Shown here piece after piece: positions 54,687 to 58,162 of a stretch of 58,162 nucleotides of DNA. The notes beneath the pieces are model-generated. The model ran no database searches. It was given only the letters and a program-made list of their open reading frames with translations, and was not told the DNA's origin. A program made the translations under genes and the position numbers. This DNA comes from a virus (Duplodnaviria > Caudoviricetes): the IMG/VR virus record IMGVR_UViG_3300015076_000001, positions 1-58,162 of that record; one strand, given 5' to 3'. Positions within the stretch are counted from its first letter, which is position 1; each line of letters begins with the position of its first letter.

Positions 54687-54985
54687 GCGGCGCGGTTTTC
54701 GGTGCGCGATTCGGCGGCTGCGCGTTCGGCGCAGACGGGGCAGCCGGCGACGGTGACAAGATCGTCGATGGTGAGCGGGCGCCCGTCGATGAGGATGCCG
54801 AGCCGGTTGGCGGCGGCGACGAACCGGTGAGCCATCTCGACGGAGACGTAGGTGCTGTTGCCGGTGTCGGAGCGGACGACGGTGGAGATGTGGCAGCCGA
54901 CCTCTGTGGCGAAGCGTTTCTGGCTGATCCCCGCTGCTCGGCGGGCGTCGCGCAGCTTCTCGCGGTGGTAGGTGGCGCCGATCAT
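54683..54985 (-). CDS. Cro-like XRE HTH protein
   Basis: LRDARRAAGISQKRFATEVGCHISTV; divergent from the repressor. Confidence 0.8.
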   Translation of the reverse strand: MIGATYHREKLRDARRAAGISQKRFATEVGCHISTVVRSDTGNSTYVSVEMAHRFVAAANRLGILIDGRPLTIDDLVTVAGCPVCAERAAAESRTENRAA

Positions 54986-55013
54986 CGGGCGGTCGCCGTC
55001 TCAAGATGATCCA

Positions 55014-55064
55014 TGCGCAAATTAGAGCACACTCTTGCGCATGTTGCGCAGAAGTGTTGCGCAA
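55014..55064. promoter_or_regulatory. Genetic switch operators
   Basis: Four TGCGCA palindromes within about 50 bp between the divergent HTH genes. Confidence 0.75.
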
Positions 55065-55178
55065 TAGTGGCGATCATGTGCGCTACCTGCGACTCTGCCT
55101 CCCGTGACGGGGCAAATCGAACGAGTGATCATCGATCCAGGCGCGCTAGGTAAGCAGAGTCCTGCGTATTCTTCCGCC

Positions 55179-55514
55179 GTGAAGTGGACCGCGGAGGAGA
55201 TCCGCAGCCGACGCCGCGCCAAAGACTGGTCGCAAGACGACCTCGCTCAAGCGCTCGGCGTCCACAAGAGGTCGGTCACCAACTGGGAGTCGGGCGCGTC
55301 CAAGCCGCAGGCCGGGAACATCGACGCGCTGGAGCACGCGCTCGGGGACGCGCCGGTCCCGGAGGTGACTTTGTCGGGCGCGTCGAACCTGCAATTCGTG
55401 TCCGAGCTTGCGCGAAGACTGGAAGCGGGCGGGCTGGACGACAGCCTCAGATTGCCCGAAGGGGACATCGGGTGGCCGCAACGGAAGTTGACGCGGCGTA
55501 GCCGTAACGCCTGA
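55179..55514 (+). CDS. Immunity repressor (XRE HTH), probably leaderless
   Basis: IRSRRRAKDWSQDDLAQALGVHKRSVTNWESG; TATTCT 6 nt before GTG 55179 (alternative start 55104). Confidence 0.85.
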   Translation: MKWTAEEIRSRRRAKDWSQDDLAQALGVHKRSVTNWESGASKPQAGNIDALEHALGDAPVPEVTLSGASNLQFVSELARRLEAGGLDDSLRLPEGDIGWPQRKLTRRSRNA

Positions 55515-55794
55515 ACAACCCCTACGTGACATGGGTCACAGCCCGCGTTTCCTGGACAGTTTCGCGCTCGTTGTACATCCGTCCATCACCCGCCGTGCCC
55601 GCCAGACCCGTTCCGCCACCCGCCGCAACGACAATCACCACAAACCAGACAAACAGCATTACCAGGCACCCACATGGGTGAGTAAACAACTCGGCAACAG
55701 GATGAAACGAAACGATGACGGCGATCGACTTTGGTGAGGATGCGCGCCCCAGACCCCCGGCGCCCGATTGACGAGATGCCAGGAGGTACCACCC

Positions 55795-56079
55795 GTGCAG
55801 CCCGCTCAAGACCCCGGCGAAGCTCGACACCTCGCGCTCTACCGCACCCTCACCGGACACCTCGCCGCCGCGGGCGTCACCATCGAACACGCCGACCTCC
55901 CCGACGAGATCGCCCACTGGACCGCAGCCACCAAAACACTGACCCTGCACAACAGCGAAGGCCTCGCCGAGCACGTCGAGATCCTCGGCGACTTCATCAA
56001 CATGATCTCGCTTGATCAGCCCTCCCGTCTCGGCGCCCGCCCACTCCCCCCGCGGCGACACCTCCACGTCGTCGACTAG
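55795..56079 (+). CDS. Hypothetical, degenerate ImmA/IrrE-like
   Basis: AGGAGG SD; GVTIEHADLP..W..KTLTL resembles the ImmA N-part; no HEXXH. Confidence 0.45.
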   Translation: MQPAQDPGEARHLALYRTLTGHLAAAGVTIEHADLPDEIAHWTAATKTLTLHNSEGLAEHVEILGDFINMISLDQPSRLGARPLPPRRHLHVVD

Positions 56080-57548
56080 GCCGCGCCCAGCCACTCCAGC
56101 CGCACCGTGTCCGGGTCAAAACCGCGCACACCTTTGCGCGTCACCGGCAACACTGTGACCGTGCACAAGGCGCGGACCACGATGCGCCGCTGCTCGATCC
56201 CCAAGGTGTCCCACACCGCCGCAGCGTCCGCACCCGCCATCTCCAGCACCGCCGTAGGAAGCACCGGCAACGGGGCGATCTCAGCCTCCAGTTCGGCAAT
56301 CCGGGACGAGATGCGGGTCGCGATACGGACGAACGTGGCCGCCGGCACCCCCGACGGGGTACCGGCCAATGCCTCATACTCGGCCAACTCGGCACGGGCA
56401 TCCGTCAACTCTTGAGCGGCCACCTCCATCCGCCCCGATGGTTTCACCGGCGCAGTGAAAGCCGCAGCCCAATCCGGGCGGGACAGCCGTTCCACGACGG
56501 CCAGGGCGACGAAGGCGTCAAGCGGTGGGGCCGCGCGGGAAACATGCCCGGTACCGGTGCCGTTGAGTCCGTTGCAGCTATAGGAGGGGCGGCCACGGTT
56601 GGAGTAGTGCCGCAACCATCCGCCGCACACCGCGCACTTGCCGATCCCCGACAACAGATGGCAGGCAGCGGTGCCGCGCTGGGTTCGCCGCCGCGGATCG
56701 TTGATGATCCGCAGCACCGCCTCATAATCGACCACCGAAACCAGCGGCTCCCACGCGATGCTGTGCCGCACGCCGCGATGGACCCGCCAGCCCGCCATCG
56801 TGGGCGAGCCCAGCAGCTTCCGCAGCTTCGGGTTGTTCCAACCGCCCCGCTGCACCCCAACGCGCTTAAGACGCCTGTCCCGAACCATCTGCGGGGTTGG
56901 CACCCCGCGCCGGTTGAGGTCCACCGAGATGCCGTGCAAGCTCTCTCCCGCCAAGACACGGGCGACTACCTCTTGCACGATTGGAGCTGTCTCCTCGTCC
57001 GGCACCTGCCGGGCGGGCTCTCCCGACGCGGGGTCGTACTCGCGGCGGAACCCGTAAGGGATTGACCCCCAAGCGCGCCCCTGCTCAGCAGCGGAGTCCG
57101 TGGCCCGCTTCACCCTCTCGGAGATCATGGCCGACTCACGGACAGCCATCGCCATGCCCAAGTCAAGGAGGAAACCGTCATCCGGCCGGCGGACGTCATG
57201 GTCTTTCCCGTTGACGGAGATCAGCACCCCGGAGCGGGCACAGGCCTTCATCAGGGCCGCCCACACCTCGCGGTCACGGGACGCCCGGGACACTTCCCAC
57301 ACCCACAGGATGTCCAACTTCTTAGCGGCGATGTCAGCCATGACCCGCTGCCAGTCAGGCCGTTGTTTGCGGGTGTCGTAGGCCGAGATGCCATCGTCGC
57401 GATACTCACCGACGATGTGATGCTGTTGCTGGTTTGCCCAGCGGCGGCCAACGCCGAGCTGGGAGTCGACTGATCTACCTTCCCGGGTGTCGATGGAAAC
57501 GCGGCCGTAGATGCCGGCGCGTTGACTGGGCTTGGCCACTGCTGACAC
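56076..57548 (-). CDS. int: Large serine recombinase (integrase)
   Basis: YGRVS catalytic Ser, DDGISA, SRASR, PYGF, zinc ribbon LLSGIGKCAVCG..YSC. Confidence 0.95.
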   Translation of the reverse strand: MSAVAKPSQRAGIYGRVSIDTREGRSVDSQLGVGRRWANQQQHHIVGEYRDDGISAYDTRKQRPDWQRVMADIAAKKLDILWVWEVSRASRDREVWAALMKACARSGVLISVNGKDHDVRRPDDGFLLDLGMAMAVRESAMISERVKRATDSAAEQGRAWGSIPYGFRREYDPASGEPARQVPDEETAPIVQEVVARVLAGESLHGISVDLNRRGVPTPQMVRDRRLKRVGVQRGGWNNPKLRKLLGSPTMAGWRVHRGVRHSIAWEPLVSVVDYEAVLRIINDPRRRTQRGTAACHLLSGIGKCAVCGGWLRHYSNRGRPSYSCNGLNGTGTGHVSRAAPPLDAFVALAVVERLSRPDWAAAFTAPVKPSGRMEVAAQELTDARAELAEYEALAGTPSGVPAATFVRIATRISSRIAELEAEIAPLPVLPTAVLEMAGADAAAVWDTLGIEQRRIVVRALCTVTVLPVTRKGVRGFDPDTVRLEWLGAA

Positions 57549-57687
57549 AAGTCGCTAAGCTAGCATCCTTCGAACTAACTTGCCGCTAGGGGTATGTGTC
57601 GTTTTGGCTGGTCAACATAGGTATCGGCGTGCGGGGAAGCCTGCCATCCCTGCGGCGGTCCGCGACTGTCCGCCTGCCGCAAAGGAC

Positions 57688-58092
57688 ATGGACTGGCTGT
57701 ACGCGTACTACGACCGTGACGGCGTCCTGCTCTACGTTGGGCTTGCGTTCAACCCTGGCCAGCGGGCGGAGGGCCACCGACGCTCAAGCAGGTGGTGGCG
57801 CTTCGTGGCCTCTGTGCAAGTCGGGCTGATCCCAGCGGATAAAGCGCGCCACATCGAGCGCCGCTTCATCTCCATTGACAAGCCACTGTTCAACGTGCAG
57901 AACGCCCACTACAGCCCGCTACCGACAGTGCTGTACGCCGCCCGACGCGAAGCGTGGGACATCGTGGATGACACTCTCGACGCGATGAGTCACGGTGACG
58001 GCGACATCGGGGAACTGGTCCGGGAGACGCTCGGCGACCTCGTGTCAGGGACGCGGTACTACCCGCCCGCATCCCGGCGCGAAGCGGCATGA
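57688..58092 (+). CDS. GIY-YIG nuclease-like protein (start uncertain)
   Basis: LYAYYD..LLYVG..R..H..WW..E..I..KPLFN. Confidence 0.8.
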   Translation: MDWLYAYYDRDGVLLYVGLAFNPGQRAEGHRRSSRWWRFVASVQVGLIPADKARHIERRFISIDKPLFNVQNAHYSPLPTVLYAARREAWDIVDDTLDAMSHGDGDIGELVRETLGDLVSGTRYYPPASRREAA

Positions 58093-58162
58093 CCCCCGTC
58101 ATGGCTGAGCTCGCACGGCGGATCGCCGACCGGGACCGGGAGATCCAACACCTGCGCGCGGA

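Larger units (their letters stand above)
1..58162. mobile_element. Temperate siphovirus / prophage of an actinobacterial host (ends not seen)
   Basis: Ordered integrase, repressor, replication, terminase, portal, protease, capsid and tail genes; WhiB and Lsr2 plus high GC point to Actinomycetota; no host housekeeping genes or att site identified. Confidence 0.95.

Noticed and set aside
57549-57600. attP/attL/attR site
   Set aside because: Only weak imperfect symmetry; cannot be assigned without the partner site

Overview
The whole window is one high-GC, actinobacterial-type temperate siphovirus or prophage, transcribed mostly on the minus strand. Reading right to left: GIY-YIG gene, large serine integrase, repressor/Cro switch with TGCGCA operators, and a long early region of small coupled genes. 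That region includes WhiB, LuxR-HTH, a BRO/ANT antirepressor, a Sak4-like ATPase, SSB, MazG, two nucleoside-deoxyribosyltransferase-like domains, two DEDD exonucleases, two replication-initiator paralogues with iterons, a resolvase and HNH nucleases. Next come a Ro60/Rsr (TROVE) gene with two Y RNAs, a papain-like protease, Lsr2, an SNase, a ParB-methyltransferase, terminase, portal, ClpP protease, HK97 capsid, neck/tail genes with two fibre genes and a holin-like cassette, a frameshifted tail chaperone, and a tape measure gene running off the left edge. Most notable: (1) a self-contained Ro60 + YrlA + mini-Y RNA cassette; (2) a hyaluronan-synthase/NodC-like GT2 in the early region; (3) two structural proteins with an N-terminal (YPGx)n peptide, each near a fibre gene, the two fibres sharing an N-terminal domain (possible tag-and-fibre docking system); (4) a RyR-like/NDT-like fusion; (5) an apparent ATC start behind a structured leader; (6) several unexplained structured non-coding segments. 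All family calls come from motif recognition by eye; no searches were run.
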